Below are positions 23,201 to 31,521 of a stretch of 32,000 bases of DNA, one piece after another. The stretch is from Mucisphaera calidilacus (GTDB taxonomy: Bacteria; Planctomycetota; Phycisphaerae; Phycisphaerales; Phycisphaeraceae). Every line of letters begins with the position of its first letter. Position 1 is the first letter of the stretch. The stretch covers positions 1,890,001-1,922,000 of the forward strand of contig NZ_CP036280.1 of NCBI RefSeq assembly GCF_007748075.1, written 5' to 3'. Below the pieces are notes generated by a model. It was not told the DNA's origin. It ran no database searches and saw only the letters and a list, made by a program, of their open reading frames with translations. Both the position numbers and the translations under genes were made by a program.

Positions 23201-24829
23201 TCAGGGTTTGGGGATTTGGAGGGCGGCGATGACGCGTGGGGGGAGGTTGAGTTTGATGGTGCCGTTGGTGATGGGGATGGCCCGTTTTTCTTCGTCCATG
23301 GTGACGCGGATGTTGTCTTCGGGGTGGAGTTCGCCGTCGAGGGTATGGAGCCATGCCCAGCCGTTGTAGCCGGGCTCGGCGAGTCGGATGGTGATGGGTG
23401 TGGCGGTGTCGAAGGCGCGGCTGATGAGGTGTACGTAGATGCTGTTGTCGTCGGCGGTGGCGAGGGTGTCCACGGTGGCGACCTTGTCGGCGGCGTGGCT
23501 GGTGCCGAAGTCGTAGGGCTGTGAGAAGGTGGGGACGTCGGTGGTGGTGATGCGCAGGAGCTGGCTGCCGTGGTGACGGCTGTAGAAGCCGGTGACGGCG
23601 CCGGTGGGCAGTTGGTAGGCGTGGGCGGGGCCTTCGTCGGGGATGCGGACGGAGGTGATGCCCCAGGACTGCCCGATGAGCATGGACTGGTGGGCGATGC
23701 GGATGCGAGGGTCGCGGATGAGTCCGTGGATCATGCCGGCGGCGGAGACGCCTTTGGCCCAGAAGGGGTCGAAGAGTTTGGTTTTGGGTGTTCCTTCGGG
23801 TGTTTCGATGGCCCACCAGCCGTTCCAGTTCCATTCGGTGGCTGCGATGGGGTAGTCGCCTGCGCTGCCGTCGTGGATGAGTGGGAAGGTGGCGAGTCCT
23901 GTGGAGGGGTCGATCCATCCGACGGTGGTGAACATCTGCCAGATCTGGTGTTCGGAGAGGGTTGAGGGGTCGACGGTTTCGCCGTCTTTTTCGACCTTTC
24001 GGATGCCCCAGGGCCCGTAGACGTGGGAGGTCATGAAGTTGAGTCGGTCGCCGATGCGTTGGCGGATGAGGTTGTTGGTGGTTTTCTTGGCGGTGTCGGA
24101 GATGAGGATGATGTCGGGGTCGACCTTGCGGAGTTCGGTGATGAAGGCGTCGAGGCAGGTGACGTACCAGTCGTGGTAGTCGTCGGGTCGTGCTTCGGCG
24201 ATGGGGTTGGAGTAGGCCCAGATCTCGTTGCCGATCTGGAAGTAGCGGAGGTTGTAGGGTTCGGGGTGTCCGTTGTCGGCGCGGAGGCGTGCCCAGCGGA
24301 GCATGGCTTCGGGGGCGTCGGCGTCGAGGGGCAGGTTGATGTAGGCGAGGAGTTCGGCGGCGTGTCGTGCGGCGTCTTCGAGGGGTTCGGTGCCGGCGAG
24401 TGCTTTTTTGAAGTTGACGACGAGGACGGGCTCGGCGCCGAGTGCGTGTGCGTCGCGCATGAAGGCGTCGAAGGTGTATGTGAACTGGACGTCGGGGTGG
24501 CCCCAGCGCTGGTGGTCCTGGGCGGGCGGGTTGTCGAGGTAGTCGAGCCAGTCGGTTGAGCAGACGAGTGTTCCGCCGGGGTAGCGGAGGGTGGTGGGCT
24601 TGAGTGCTGCGATTTGCTGCATGACGTGGGGGTGGAATCGGTTGCCCTGGTCGAGGGCGATGTCGACGCCCTCTTCGCCATGCCAGTTGGCGTGTTCGAC
24701 GAAGTGGCCGAAGAGCATAGGCGAGACGTCGTGCAGGGCTTCGTCGTGGATCTCGACGGTCATGTCCTGGGCCGCGGCGGGCAGGGCGAGTGCGAAGAGG
24801 ATGAGGAGCGTGGCGGTGAGGGTGCGCAT
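23201..24829 (-). CDS. Secreted clan GH-A glycoside hydrolase, GH51 alpha-L-arabinofuranosidase-like (542 aa)
   Basis: The real start is ATG 24829 (signal peptide MRTLTATLLILFALALPAAAQD), not the track start at 25561. LFGHFVEH, LRYPGGT, YFQIGNEIW (acid/base Glu block) and IAATEWNWNGWW (nucleophile Glu block) parallel GH51 enzymes. Confidence 0.7.
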   Translation of the reverse strand: MRTLTATLLILFALALPAAAQDMTVEIHDEALHDVSPMLFGHFVEHANWHGEEGVDIALDQGNRFHPHVMQQIAALKPTTLRYPGGTLVCSTDWLDYLDNPPAQDHQRWGHPDVQFTYTFDAFMRDAHALGAEPVLVVNFKKALAGTEPLEDAARHAAELLAYINLPLDADAPEAMLRWARLRADNGHPEPYNLRYFQIGNEIWAYSNPIAEARPDDYHDWYVTCLDAFITELRKVDPDIILISDTAKKTTNNLIRQRIGDRLNFMTSHVYGPWGIRKVEKDGETVDPSTLSEHQIWQMFTTVGWIDPSTGLATFPLIHDGSAGDYPIAATEWNWNGWWAIETPEGTPKTKLFDPFWAKGVSAAGMIHGLIRDPRIRIAHQSMLIGQSWGITSVRIPDEGPAHAYQLPTGAVTGFYSRHHGSQLLRITTTDVPTFSQPYDFGTSHAADKVATVDTLATADDNSIYVHLISRAFDTATPITIRLAEPGYNGWAWLHTLDGELHPEDNIRVTMDEEKRAIPITNGTIKLNLPPRVIAALQIPKP

Positions 24830-24918
24830 GGCGGAGGCTCGCGTGGGGTTGGTGTTGTACGCGTGGCAGGATAATCGGATGTGGTTGTTGCGTGGCGGGG
24901 AGATCGGTTCTGGTTGCG

Positions 24919-26001
24919 TCAGTCGGTGGCGGCGGCGGCGGCGTACTCGTCGGTGAGTTCGTTCATGAGTTCCTGGACGGAGACGATGCTGTTGACGCGG
25001 TGGACGTTCTGTCCGGCGAAGATGAGCCCGTGATCGCATCGGCCGTTCTTGGCGATGGTGAGTGCGACGGAGATGCAGTAGGGGGTGTTGGTGTAGTCGC
25101 AGGTTTTGAGGCAGTGGTAGGGACAGCTGTAGGGTTTTTTGCCGTCGGCTTCGACGTGTTCGACGAAGGTGTTGCGGATGGCTCGTCCGGGCATGCCGAG
25201 GGGGCTGCTGATGATCTGGACGTCGTGTTCGGAGGCATTGATGTAGGCGTTTTTGAAGGCGATGTCGGCGTCGCACTCGTGTGTGGCAACGAAGCGTGTG
25301 CCGAGCTGGACGCCTGAGGCGCCGAGCTGGAAGTACTTGTGGATGTCGGCTCCGGTGTAGACGCCGCCTGCTGCGATGATGGGGATGTCGCGTCCGACCT
25401 GTTCGGCGAAGGGTCTTGCGGCTTCGACGACCTGTGGGACGAGTTTTTCGAGGGCGTATTCTTCGTCGTCGAGTTGTTTGGGTTTGAATCCGAGGTGTCC
25501 GCCTGCCATGGGTCCTTCGACGACGATGGCGTCGGGGCATCGGTTGTAGTTGGCGATCCACTTGCGGCAGATGAGTGCGGCGGCGCGAGCTGAGGAGACG
25601 ATGGGCACGAGTCGCGGGCCGTTCTCGTCGGGCACGTGGCTGGGCAGGTCGAGGGGTAGTCCGGCGCCGGAGAAGATGATGTCGATTTTCTCGCGGACCG
25701 CGGTTTTGACGGTCTCGGCGAAGTTGGTGAGGGCGACCATGATGTTGACGCCCAGGACGCCTGAGGTGGCGGCTCGGGCCTTGCGGATCTGTTCGGCGAG
25801 TGCTCGTGAGTTGGCTTCGACGAAGTTGGATTTGAAGTCGGCTTCGGCGTTGCCGACACCCGCAGCGGAGATGACGCCACAGCCCCCGGCGTTGGCGACG
25901 GCGGCGGCGAGTCCTGCGAGTGAGACGCCGATGCCCATGCCGCCCTGGATGATGGGTGTGGGGATGCTGAGTCCGCCGATGTTGAGTGCGGGGATGGTCA
26001 T
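24919..26001 (-). CDS. NMO/FabK-family FMN-dependent oxidoreductase (nitronate monooxygenase / enoyl-ACP reductase II-like)
   Basis: Contains PIIQGGMGIGVS, VVEGPMAGGHLG, PIIAAGGVYTGADI and GASGVQLGTRFV. This is the TIM-barrel FMN signature of the family. Confidence 0.8.
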   Translation of the reverse strand: MTIPALNIGGLSIPTPIIQGGMGIGVSLAGLAAAVANAGGCGVISAAGVGNAEADFKSNFVEANSRALAEQIRKARAATSGVLGVNIMVALTNFAETVKTAVREKIDIIFSGAGLPLDLPSHVPDENGPRLVPIVSSARAAALICRKWIANYNRCPDAIVVEGPMAGGHLGFKPKQLDDEEYALEKLVPQVVEAARPFAEQVGRDIPIIAAGGVYTGADIHKYFQLGASGVQLGTRFVATHECDADIAFKNAYINASEHDVQIISSPLGMPGRAIRNTFVEHVEADGKKPYSCPYHCLKTCDYTNTPYCISVALTIAKNGRCDHGLIFAGQNVHRVNSIVSVQELMNELTDEYAAAAATD

Positions 26002-26206
26002 GTGTGGGGTTGCACTTTCAAGGGGTGTGCGTTGGCGTAGCCCGGACGACAGGCTTCGTCGCCTGGGTGACTTGCAGCCCGACCATTGTAGCGTGAATGC
26101 GGATAAAAAGACAGGTTGGTCCGAGATTTATTCTCAAGGGGTAGCGTGAAGGTTCCTGCTCGAGTGCGGTCGTCTGACGGGGGTTTGTTGGGGGAGGGGT
26201 TGCGTG

Positions 26207-29200
26207 TCAGGCCGGGACTGGTTCGGCGGTGAGGATGCGGTGGAGGTATTTGCCGGTGTAGGACTCGGGGTGTGAGGCGACGTCTTCGGGTGTGCCGGTG
26301 GCGACGACGGTTCCGCCTGCGTCGCCGCCTTCGGGTCCGAGGTCGATGATCCAGTCGGCGGACTTGATGACGTCGAGGTTGTGTTCGATGACGAGGACGG
26401 TGTGTCCCTGGTCGGCGAGTCGCTGGAGGACGGCGAGGAGTCGTGCGACGTCGTCGAAGTGGAGTCCGGTGGTGGGTTCGTCGAGGACGTAGAGGGTGTG
26501 TCCGGAGGATCGTTTACCGAGTTCGGTGGCGAGTTTGACGCGTTGGGCTTCGCCGCCTGAGAGGGTTGTGGAGGCTTGTCCGAGCTGGACGTAGGAGAGT
26601 CCGACGTCGTTGAGAGCGGTGAGGAGTCGTTTGACGTCGGGGAAGGCGTCGAAGAACTGGAGTGCGTCTTCGACGGTCATGTCGAGGACGTCGGCGATGT
26701 GTTTGCCGCGGTACTTGATTTCGAGGGTTTCGCGGTTGTAGCGGGCGCCTTTGCAGGTTTCGCAGGGGACGAAGACGTCGGGGAGGAAGTGCATCTCGAT
26801 GCGTTTGACGCCTTGCCCCTGGCATGCCTCGCAGCGTCCGCCCTTGACGTTGAAGGAGAATCGGCCGGGCTTGTAGCCTCGGGCCTTGGCTTCGCGGGTT
26901 TGTGTGAAGAGGTTTCGGATGGCGTCGAAGACACCTGTGTAGGTGGCGGGGTTGGAGCGTGGGGTGCGTCCGATGGGTGACTGATCGACCTCGATGATGC
27001 GGTCGACTTTTCCAGCGCCTTTGATGCGTGTGTGTTCGCCGGGTTTTTCGCGAGCGCCGAGGACTTCGCGTTTGACGGCCTTGAGGAAGATCTGGTTGAT
27101 GAGTGTTGATTTGCCGGAGCCGGAGACGCCGGTGACGACGACGAGTCCGCCGAGGGGGATGTTGACGTCGATGTTGCGGAGGTTGTTGTGTCGTGCGCCG
27201 ACGATGGTGATGGCGTCGGTCTCGGTGAGGACGCGTCGCTCGTCGGGGGTGGGGATTTCGCGTGTGCCGGCGAGGTATTGTCCGGTGAGCGAGGCGTGGT
27301 CTGCGGCGACCTGGTCGGGTGTTCCCTGGGCGACGATGGTGCCGCCGTGGCGTCCGGGTCCGGGTCCGATGTCGATGAGCTGGTCGGCGGCGCGGATGGT
27401 GTCCTCGTCGTGTTCGACGACGAGGACGGTGTTGCCGATGGAGGTGAGTCGTCGGAGCGTGGCGATGAGTCGGTCGTTGTCGCGTTGGTGGAGGCCGATG
27501 GTGGGTTCGTCGAGGACGTAGCAGCAGCCGACGAGTCCGGAGCCGACCTGGGTGGCGAGTCGGATGCGTTGTGATTCGCCGCCTGAGAGTGTGCCGGTGG
27601 TTCGTGAGAGCGAGAGGTAGTCGAGGCCGACGGATTTCATGAAGCCGAGTCGAGCCTTGATTTCCTTGAGGATGGGTTCGGCGATGGCTTTCTGTTCGCT
27701 GTTGAGGATGAGGTGTTCGAAGAAGTCGGCGGCCTGCTCGATGGTCATGGCGACGATGTCCTGGATGTTGACGAGTCGTCGAGGTTTGGCGGGCGGGTCG
27801 CCTGGGTTTCGGAAGGTGTTTTCGTCGATGCCGAAGGGTCCGGCGTCGGGGTGTGCGTGGAGGAAGACGTGGGTGGCTTCGTCGCGGAGTCGTGCGCCGC
27901 GGCAGGTCTGGCAGGGTTTTTCGGACTGGTAGGCGTGGAGTCGCGATTTCACGAACTCGGAGTCGGTGGTTTCCCAGCGGCGTTGTAGGTTGGGGATGAC
28001 GCCTTCGAAGTGTGTGCCGTATTTGGTTTCGTCTTTGGCGTTGGTGCCTTCGAGGAGGATGCGGCGGATGGTTTTGGAGAGTTTCTTGAAGGGCGTGTTG
28101 ATGTCGACGTCGAAGTCGCGGCAGAAGCGTCGGAGTGTTCGGCCGTAGTAGATGTTCATCCGGACGCCGTTCTTGCGCCAGGGTTCGATGGCGCCGTCGG
28201 CGAGTGTTGTCTCGGGGTGGGGGACGACGAGGTCGGCGTCGAACTCGAGGATGTTGCCGAGGCCGTTGCAGGTGGGGCAGGCGCCGTAGGGTGAGTTGAA
28301 GGAGAAGAGGCGTGGTTCGAGGTCTTCGAGGGAGCATTCGGGGTGGATGGGGCAGGCGTGTTTTTCGGAGAAGAGGTGGTCTTCCCACCCCCCTGCCCCG
28401 GAAGCCCCGGAAGCCCCGGAAGCCCCGGAAGCCCCGGAAGCCGCAGTATCCGGGTTCGAGGCTACGGAGAGGATCACGAGTCCTTCGGCGAGGCCGAGTG
28501 AGAGTTCGATGGAGTCGGCGAGTCGTGTTCGAGCGGCGGCGGCGGCTTGCTCGTCGGCCTTGCGGATGACGATGCGGTCGACGACGGCCTCGATGGTGTG
28601 GGCCTGGTAGCGTTCTGTTTTTGTGGTGAAGGGCGTGCCGGCTTTGGACTCGGTGATTGCACGGAGGTCCATGACCTCGCCATCGACGCGTGCGCGGACG
28701 AAGCCCTGTCGGAGGAGGGATGTGAAGACCTCCTTGTGGTGTCCTTTTTTGCCGCGTATGACCGGCGCGAGTGCCATGAGCCTGGTGCCCTCGGGGAGGT
28801 CCATGGCGTGGTCGACGATCTGGGTGGCGGACTGCATGGCGATGGGGTGTCCGCAGGCGGGTGCGTCGGGGTCGTCGCGGTGCCAGCAGCGCGCCTCGCC
28901 TGCGCGTGCGAGGAGGAGTCGGAGGTAGTCGTAGATCTCGGTGGTGGTGGCGACGGTGGAGCGTGGGTTGTGGGAGGCGGATCGCTGCTCGATGGCGATG
29001 GTGGGCGGGAGGCCCTCGATGGATTCGACGTCGGGTTTCTGGAGCTGGTCGAGGAACTGCCGGGCGTAGGCGGAGAGGGACTCCATGTACTTGCGTTGTC
29101 CCTCGGCGTAGACGGTGTCGAAGGCGAGGGTGGACTTGCCTGATCCCGAGAGTCCGGTGATGACAACGAGCTGGTCGCGTGGGATGTCGAGGTCGATGTT

Positions 29201-29254
29201 CTTGAGGTTGTGCTCGCGGGCGCCTCGGATGGCGATGGAGGAGGGTTGGGTCAT
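26207..29254 (-). CDS. uvrA: Excinuclease ABC subunit A
   Basis: 1015 aa with two ABC modules. Walker A motifs are [14 protein letters not shown] and [13 protein letters not shown]. Signature motifs are [12 protein letters not shown] and [12 protein letters not shown]. It has zinc-module cysteines (CPIHPEC...CPTCNGLG; CEACQGQG...CETCKG). Confidence 0.95.
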   Translation of the reverse strand: MTQPSSIAIRGAREHNLKNIDLDIPRDQLVVITGLSGSGKSTLAFDTVYAEGQRKYMESLSAYARQFLDQLQKPDVESIEGLPPTIAIEQRSASHNPRSTVATTTEIYDYLRLLLARAGEARCWHRDDPDAPACGHPIAMQSATQIVDHAMDLPEGTRLMALAPVIRGKKGHHKEVFTSLLRQGFVRARVDGEVMDLRAITESKAGTPFTTKTERYQAHTIEAVVDRIVIRKADEQAAAAARTRLADSIELSLGLAEGLVILSVASNPDTAASGASGASGASGASGAGGWEDHLFSEKHACPIHPECSLEDLEPRLFSFNSPYGACPTCNGLGNILEFDADLVVPHPETTLADGAIEPWRKNGVRMNIYYGRTLRRFCRDFDVDINTPFKKLSKTIRRILLEGTNAKDETKYGTHFEGVIPNLQRRWETTDSEFVKSRLHAYQSEKPCQTCRGARLRDEATHVFLHAHPDAGPFGIDENTFRNPGDPPAKPRRLVNIQDIVAMTIEQAADFFEHLILNSEQKAIAEPILKEIKARLGFMKSVGLDYLSLSRTTGTLSGGESQRIRLATQVGSGLVGCCYVLDEPTIGLHQRDNDRLIATLRRLTSIGNTVLVVEHDEDTIRAADQLIDIGPGPGRHGGTIVAQGTPDQVAADHASLTGQYLAGTREIPTPDERRVLTETDAITIVGARHNNLRNIDVNIPLGGLVVVTGVSGSGKSTLINQIFLKAVKREVLGAREKPGEHTRIKGAGKVDRIIEVDQSPIGRTPRSNPATYTGVFDAIRNLFTQTREAKARGYKPGRFSFNVKGGRCEACQGQGVKRIEMHFLPDVFVPCETCKGARYNRETLEIKYRGKHIADVLDMTVEDALQFFDAFPDVKRLLTALNDVGLSYVQLGQASTTLSGGEAQRVKLATELGKRSSGHTLYVLDEPTTGLHFDDVARLLAVLQRLADQGHTVLVIEHNLDVIKSADWIIDLGPEGGDAGGTVVATGTPEDVASHPESYTGKYLHRILTAEPVPA
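28396..28440. repeat. Perfect 5 x 9-bp tandem repeat inside uvrA
   Basis: CCCCGGAAG occurs five times on + (GCT TCC GGG on the coding strand). It encodes (ASG)5 within ...[27 protein letters not shown]... Confidence 0.95.
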
Positions 29255-29295
29255 GGGGAAAGTGTAGGGCCTGAGATGGTGTCGATACAGGGGCG

Positions 29296-30003
29296 TCAGG
29301 GGTTGCGGACGATGTGGAGGCGTGCGTGTTGCTCGGTGCGGAATTTCGCGGCGTTTTGCTGCATGAATTCGTCGACGGCGGTTCTGCAGCCGGTGTAGGC
29401 CTCGTAGTCGTCGATGACGATTCGGCCCCCGGGCGCGAGGTGCGGGCTGATGCGGTCGAGGCAGGTGCGGACGGATTCGTACCAGTCGCCATCGACGTGC
29501 GCGAGTGCGATGGGTTGGTCGAAGTTCATCGTGTCCTGGAAGAGTCCCTTGACGAGGTGCACGTTGTGGCGTTCGAGCTCGATGCCGTGTCGGTTGAAGT
29601 TGGACCGGACTTCGTCGAGGAGGTTGTCGCGGTAGCCGTAGTACTCCTGGCCGTCGAGTCCTTCGGACTGTCCGCTGCTGATGACCTCGTAGCGTTCGTG
29701 GACGTCCTGCCCGTCTTTGTCGGAGGGAGGCGGGATCATGCCGAAGACGTCGTAGACGCGGAGGGTTCTGTCGGGTTGCTTGGCGTGTGCGATGACGATG
29801 GCGGATCCGCCGAGCGCGCAGCCGGCCTCGATGAGGTCGCCTTGGACCCCGGTCCGTTCGAGTTGTCGAACGAAGCGGGTGAGGTCGATGAGCGCGAGGT
29901 CCTCGAGGTAGGTGATGGCCTCAGCCCGGACGTTGGTGATGACACGGGGTGCCGTGAGACGCTTGTAGGTACGGACGCACCTTCTCCGGAGCCTGTTGAG
30001 CAT
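29296..30003 (-). CDS. TylF/MycF-family SAM-dependent O-methyltransferase
   Basis: Contains GDLIEAGCALGGSAIVIA (SAM-binding Gly motif) and HVDGDWYESVRTCLDRISPHLAPGGRIVIDDY, which is characteristic of macrocin-O-methyltransferase-like proteins. Confidence 0.75.
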   Translation of the reverse strand: MLNRLRRRCVRTYKRLTAPRVITNVRAEAITYLEDLALIDLTRFVRQLERTGVQGDLIEAGCALGGSAIVIAHAKQPDRTLRVYDVFGMIPPPSDKDGQDVHERYEVISSGQSEGLDGQEYYGYRDNLLDEVRSNFNRHGIELERHNVHLVKGLFQDTMNFDQPIALAHVDGDWYESVRTCLDRISPHLAPGGRIVIDDYEAYTGCRTAVDEFMQQNAAKFRTEQHARLHIVRNP

Positions 30004-30175
30004 GAGCCGCTTCTCCTGATTGATGCAGAGCTGATCGCGTTGCCGTCTTGTTCCGCAGTGCCCTGAGTGAGGATACCCGAAAAGGGTTGGCGGGCGCTGG
30101 AGTCGATGGAGTCGGCCGGCCTGCGTGCTGGCTCAGGATTGCAAGAGACAGGCGGCTAAGGGGGTGGGAGGTGTG

Positions 30176-30213
30176 CGCAAAAATCAGGCCCGCGGAGCAA
30201 GCTCACGCGGGCC
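30176..30213 (-). terminator. Rho-independent terminator downstream of rpsR
   Basis: On the minus strand, GGCCCGCG ... CGCGGGCC (30213-30187) is followed by TGATTTTTG. It lies 31 nt after the rpsR stop. Confidence 0.65.
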
Positions 30214-30243
30214 TGGGCGGTGGTGGGCGGTGTTGTGTTGCGA

Positions 30244-30486
30244 CTAGAGGGTCGCGGAGGTGAAGGGCAGGAGTGCCATGAAGCGGGCACGCTTGATGGC
30301 CTGTGCGAGGAGTCGCTGTTCACGGGCGTTGAGTCCGGTCTTTTTGCGTGACTGGATTTTGCCGTTGGGGGTCAGGAAGCGGCGGAGGTCCTCGGAGCGT
30401 TTGTAGTCGATGTAGAGCTTGCCGTTGGAGGACGTCGTGGTGATCTGGACGCGGGTGCCGGGCGTGAACGAGCGGAAGTCTGCCAT
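30244..30486 (-). CDS. rpsR: 30S ribosomal protein S18
   Basis: 80 aa with [51 protein letters not shown], the S18 signature. GGAG lies 9 nt upstream of the ATG. Confidence 0.92.
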   Translation of the reverse strand: MADFRSFTPGTRVQITTTSSNGKLYIDYKRSEDLRRFLTPNGKIQSRKKTGLNAREQRLLAQAIKRARFMALLPFTSATL

Positions 30487-30549
30487 AAGTCTGGTCTCCG
30501 TCTTGGGTTGTAGCCCCTGCGACTCAGGGACGACGGTTGTGAACGGGGT

Positions 30550-30578
30550 AATGTACCAGATTGCAGTGAGGGTGTGAA
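30550..30578 (-). promoter_or_regulatory. Candidate promoter for rpsR
   Basis: On the minus strand, TTCACA (30578-30573), a 17-bp spacer and TACATT (30555-30550), about 60 nt upstream of the ATG. Confidence 0.3.
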
Positions 30579-30615
30579 GTGGAAGGCTCCTGCACTGAGT
30601 CGATCGAGCGGCGGT

Positions 30616-31092
30616 CTACTCGAGGAACAAATCGGCCCTGAGTTGAAAATGATCAGCGAGCCTGCGTGCGTGGTCGGCGGTGATTCTGCCCTTCTGCGTG
30701 AGGATGCGTCCGACGTTGCTGCGACTGGTTTGGAGGATTTCGGCGAGGTCCTGCTGAGTCAGGTGATTGCTCTGCTTGAGGAGTTTGAGTGCCTCGACGC
30801 CTGTCGCCGTGTGTTTGCTGAGGTAGCCCTCGCGTTGCTGGTACTCCACGATGAGGATGCTGATGGTGCTGAGATAGCGGCGCAGGTTTGCGTTGAGGTG
30901 GCGACGCGTCGTGAGGTCCTCGGCGACGGCCAGAAACTCGTTGAGATCGAGTTCGGTGACGATCTGACGGGGCACGGGGAATCGCTCCCGGCCGTCGGCC
31001 GCTGACATGGTCACTCCCGAGGCCCACTGGGCGAGGCTCATCACCATGACCTGCTGTTCGGCGCGTTTATGGTTGGCGGTTGGCGTCGTCAT
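30616..31092 (-). CDS. higA: HigA-family antitoxin (XRE-type HTH)
   Basis: The C-terminal HTH block is LKLLKQSNHLTQQDLAEILQTSRSNVGRILTQKGRITADHARRLADHFQLRADLFLE. It lies immediately downstream of higB. The start is uncertain: ATG 31092 overlaps higB by 26 nt, and the alternatives are 31047 and 31041. Confidence 0.75.
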   Translation of the reverse strand: MTTPTANHKRAEQQVMVMSLAQWASGVTMSAADGRERFPVPRQIVTELDLNEFLAVAEDLTTRRHLNANLRRYLSTISILIVEYQQREGYLSKHTATGVEALKLLKQSNHLTQQDLAEILQTSRSNVGRILTQKGRITADHARRLADHFQLRADLFLE

Positions 31093-31417
31093 TCTTGAGT
31101 CTTTCTTTCCATTGGCCTTTGCTGTACTGGGCATGGGTCATGAACATCTTGATGTAGACGGTTCCGTTTGTTTCTTTCCAGCAGTAGGCGACGCCTGCTA
31201 TGAGCCTGTAGCTGTTGCCTTTGATGTTGAAGACGTAGACTTCGCGGTCTTTTCCGATGCGGACACGATCTGCGGTCTTGAAGGTTGCTCGGAGTTCTCG
31301 GAACGAGTGCCACCGTGCGTGCTCCACGGTTTCGACCCAGACGTCCACGAGCCTGCGAACGTCGGCGGGGTGTGGCCGGGTCAGATCGCGGAGCCTTGTG
31401 GTGGTGATAACCCTCAT
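31067..31417 (-). CDS. higB: HigB-family toxin (RelE-fold mRNA interferase)
   Basis: MRVITTTRLRDL...WHSFRELRATFKTADRV...VYVFNIKGNSYRLIAGVAY...VYIKMFMTHAQY matches the HigB toxin family pattern. The toxin-first gene order is typical of higBA. Confidence 0.8.
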   Translation of the reverse strand: MRVITTTRLRDLTRPHPADVRRLVDVWVETVEHARWHSFRELRATFKTADRVRIGKDREVYVFNIKGNSYRLIAGVAYCWKETNGTVYIKMFMTHAQYSKGQWKERLKNDDANRQP

Positions 31418-31425
31418 GGTCGCAT

Positions 31426-31482
31426 TGTGAGGATAGATCACACATCGGCAGAATCAAGGGCGATCTGTGATTATTCCTCACA
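31426..31482 (-). promoter_or_regulatory. higBA promoter region with two TGTGA-N7-TCACA operator-like palindromes
   Basis: TGTGAGGATAGATCACA lies at 31426-31442 and TGTGATTATTCCTCACA at 31466-31482. Between and over them, on the minus strand, are TTGATT (31457-31452), a 16-bp spacer and TATCCT (31435-31430). The proximal palindrome overlaps the -10. Confidence 0.45.
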
Positions 31483-31521
31483 TTCCTCCGTGTGGATGGC
31501 TGACTGCCCCCCGCTGCCGGT

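Noticed and set aside
24830-25561. N-terminal extension of the glycoside hydrolase ORF (track call 23201-25561, 786 aa)
   Set aside because: The extension is Arg/Thr/Pro-rich low complexity and overlaps the NMO/FabK-family gene in another frame. A clean signal peptide starts at ATG 24829.
26098-26106. DnaA-box-like 9-mer (TTATCCGCA on the minus strand); together with rsmG and the skew sign change, the idea that oriC lies in the window
   Set aside because: It is a single one-mismatch box with no cluster, no AT-rich unwinding element and no dnaA/dnaN nearby. Gene orientation would be entirely head-on. The evidence is insufficient, so it is left as a whole-genome skew check.
28396-28440. Short tandem repeats (uvrA 9-mer; 19651-19743 array) considered as a CRISPR array
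   Set aside because: The units are 9-11 bp and contiguous, with no 25-50-bp spacers and no cas genes. One of them is in-frame coding sequence.
26514-29492. 992-aa ORF on the minus strand overlapping uvrA and the TylF-like gene
   Set aside because: It is an alternate frame of uvrA. The translation is an R/P/T/H-rich low-complexity string with no recognisable motifs, while the uvrA frame carries complete ABC and zinc-module signatures.
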